From a virus, in IMG/VR virus record IMGVR_UViG_3300025738_000082, positions 1 to 14,310 of that record: DNA of 14,310 nt, one strand, 5' to 3'. Positions 13,171 through 14,310 of this stretch are shown in pieces. Within the stretch, counting starts at the first letter, position 1. Every line of letters starts with the position of its first letter. The notes beneath the pieces were generated by a model. The model ran no database searches. It had not been told where the DNA came from and worked only from the letters and a program-made list of their open reading frames with translations. The position numbers and the translations under genes are program-made.

Positions 13171-13485
13171 TTAAGCTACTTTTTTCGGTTCAAAACCGAT
13201 AATTTCCATCGTAATGCCACCTGCTTTTACGGATGTTTTTACTTCACAAGTAACAACTCCCGGGACTTGACCGGACGAAGCTAAAGAACGAGCTAAAACG
13301 TTGTCATTTTCAACAGACATTTTTACTTTTGCGTGTTGCTGTCCTACGTCAATTCTGTCAATTGATATTTCATCTGCTACGTCTTCATCAAGGATAATTG
13401 CACTTGCATAAACAATTTTGTCACCGCTTTTAGTGTCGACCATATTGCCTGCACTAATGCGTAAAACTTCCAATTGTACTTTCAT
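13171..13485 (-). CDS. Putative ssDNA-binding protein (gV position), 104 aa.
   Basis: First gene after the structural promoter. Close homolog of 5950..6264. Function inferred from position and size only. Confidence 0.5.
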   Translation of the reverse strand: MKVQLEVLRISAGNMVDTKSGDKIVYASAIILDEDVADEISIDRIDVGQQHAKVKMSVENDNVLARSLASSGQVPGVVTCEVKTSVKAGGITMEIIGFEPKKVA

Positions 13486-13496
13486 CTTTTTTCTCC

Positions 13497-13520
13497 TGAA
13501 TCACTGAATCACTAAACCAC
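13497..13520. repeat. Three tandem 8-bp repeats, TGAATCAC TGAATCAC TAAACCAC, in the operon leader (unit B).
   Basis: Direct reading. Same position as 6275..6298. Confidence 0.7.
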
Positions 13521-13530
13521 TTTGAACCAG

Positions 13531-13560
13531 ATTCTAGTTGCAAGTGAGTTTATGTGTCAA
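13531..13560 (-). promoter_or_regulatory. Strong sigma70-type promoter of the unit B structural operon.
   Basis: Minus strand: TTGACA (13560-13555), 18-nt spacer, TAGAAT (13536-13531). Confidence 0.65.
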
Positions 13561-13619
13561 TAGTTTTTTGAAACAAAGAGGATATAATTAGGAATGAACT
13601 AGCGAAAAGGAATGGAAAA

Positions 13620-13799
13620 ATGAAAACTGAAAGTATTAGAGCAAGGGTAGAAGATGCCAAAATTTTAAAGCAGGAATGCAGAGTTTTATCAGCTGAATTA
13701 CAGAGACAAGTCTCTGTTAGTGAATTAGTTAACGGATTAATGGAATATCTAGAAAATGCCAAAGAAAAAATTAAAAATACTACTGAACAAACTAGCTAA
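13620..13799 (+). CDS. RHH (CopG/Arc-like) small DNA-binding protein, 59 aa (below the track cutoff).
   Basis: Hand translation: MKTESIRARVEDAKILKQECRVLSAELQRQVSVSELVNGLMEYLENAKEKIKNTTEQTS. AAGGAA RBS 8 nt upstream and TATAAT at 13583-13588. Close homolog of 6401..6580. Confidence 0.65.
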   Translation: MKTESIRARVEDAKILKQECRVLSAELQRQVSVSELVNGLMEYLENAKEKIKNTTEQTS

Positions 13800-13872
13800 G
13801 AAAGAAGGAATCAGCCTTAGGAGATTAAAAAAAAACTTAGAGAAATAATAATTTTTTAATACTAAGACTGAT

Positions 13873-13893
13873 GTTCGGGTGGATAGCCCGAAC
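13873..13893 (-). terminator. GC-rich hairpin directly after the rep3 stop.
   Basis: GTTCGGG-TGGATAG-CCCGAAC. Same stem as 6645..6668 with a different loop. Confidence 0.4.
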
Positions 13894-14310
13894 TTATTCT
13901 AATTCTTTCCTTCTTTCGATGAAGTGTTTATTTAATTCAGCAGTTTTAACCCTTTTTTCTTCTTCTCTTTTAGCACCAACCCAATTGAAAGAACGCTGGT
14001 CAGTTTTTACTGGGGTAGTTAAATAATTTTGATGTTGAGGCTTAACTTTATGAATAATTTCATGCCTAGTTTCAGTCGTTGAGTATTCATTAACTTCAGG
14101 CATATCAACGTCAGGGTGGTTTTTTCTATCCATAAATTCAAAATAAAATTCTTCAAAACTCATAAAAGAATATGCAGGATAAAACAAACGAGCCACAGCT
14201 TCAGAACCACCATTTTCAGCAAGTTCTAAAAGAATATGACGTTTTTTATTTTTAATAATATATTCCCATTCGGACGGAGTGATATGGCAAAGAAAATCGG
14301 CTTTGTCCTC
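13894..14310 (-). CDS. Rolling-circle replication initiator. Partial: 138 C-terminal codons, 5' part beyond the window.
   Basis: The track ORF (from an internal Met) matches the rep2 C-terminus. The frame stays open upstream to the window edge, and the DNA aligns with 6672..7088. Confidence 0.85.
   Translation of the reverse strand, partial: EDKADFLCHITPSEWEYIIKNKKRHILLELAENGGSEAVARLFYPAYSFMSFEEFYFEFMDRKNHPDVDMPEVNEYSTTETRHEIIHKVKPQHQNYLTTPVKTDQRSFNWVGAKREEEKRVKTAELNKHFIERRKELE
14263..14310. repeat. 48-nt terminal direct repeat. Identical to window positions 1..48 and to 7041..7088.
   Basis: Direct comparison: TTCCCATTCGGACGGAGTGATATGGCAAAGAAAATCGGCTTTGTCCTC at all three places. Confidence 0.9.

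Larger units (their letters stand above)
6672..13893 (-). mobile_element. Inovirus-like genome unit B. One full 7,222-nt period, from the rep2 stop to just before the rep3 stop.
   Basis: Same gene order as unit A. Bounded by homologous rep stop codons at 6672 and 13894. Size is typical of filamentous phages. Confidence 0.85.

Noticed and set aside
1-14310. CRISPR arrays, tRNA/rRNA genes, transposase-type mobile elements, toxin-antitoxin or defence cassettes.
   Set aside because: No spacer-repeat periodicity, no cloverleaf-like or rRNA-like segments and no unassigned large ORFs were seen. All repeats found are explained by the two-unit phage duplication or by the short operator-like motifs reported above.

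Overview
The whole window is filamentous-phage (inovirus-like) DNA with no recognisable host flank. Every structural and replication gene is on the minus strand. It holds two related but clearly different phage genome units arranged head-to-tail, with periods of 7,040 and 7,222 nt. Read on the minus strand, each unit has: a strong sigma70-type promoter, a putative ssDNA-binding protein, a small membrane protein, a pVIII-like major coat protein, a 26-aa micro-ORF overlapping a terminator, a pIII-like adsorption protein, a pVI-like protein, a Zot/pI assembly ATPase, a 42-45 aa membrane micro-protein, an 87-89 aa ribbon-helix-helix (RHH)-like protein with its own promoter, a conserved intergenic region with a GC-rich hairpin, and a 548-aa rolling-circle Rep (HUH type). 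A 59-aa RHH-like gene lies on the plus strand, divergent from the structural operon and convergent with the neighbouring rep. Three rep copies are visible: a 5' part at 1..1290, a full copy at 6672..8318, and a 3' part at 13894..14310. The first 48 nt of the window are identical to the last 48 nt and the rep reading frame is continuous across that junction. The window is therefore either a circular 14,262-nt heterodimer of two phages or a slice of a longer tandem array. The replication and regulatory modules are near-identical between units (roughly nine in ten nt by eye, not computed), while the adsorption and assembly genes are strongly diverged. The most interesting unexplained structure is regulatory: ten GGTACC palindromes phased at 42-44 bp around the RHH gene, three tandem 8-bp AATCAC-type repeats in the structural operon leader, back-to-back divergent promoters, and hairpins kept by compensatory changes. 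No integrase, secretin, tRNA, rRNA or CRISPR was seen. All functional assignments come from motif, position and composition reading only; no database search was possible.
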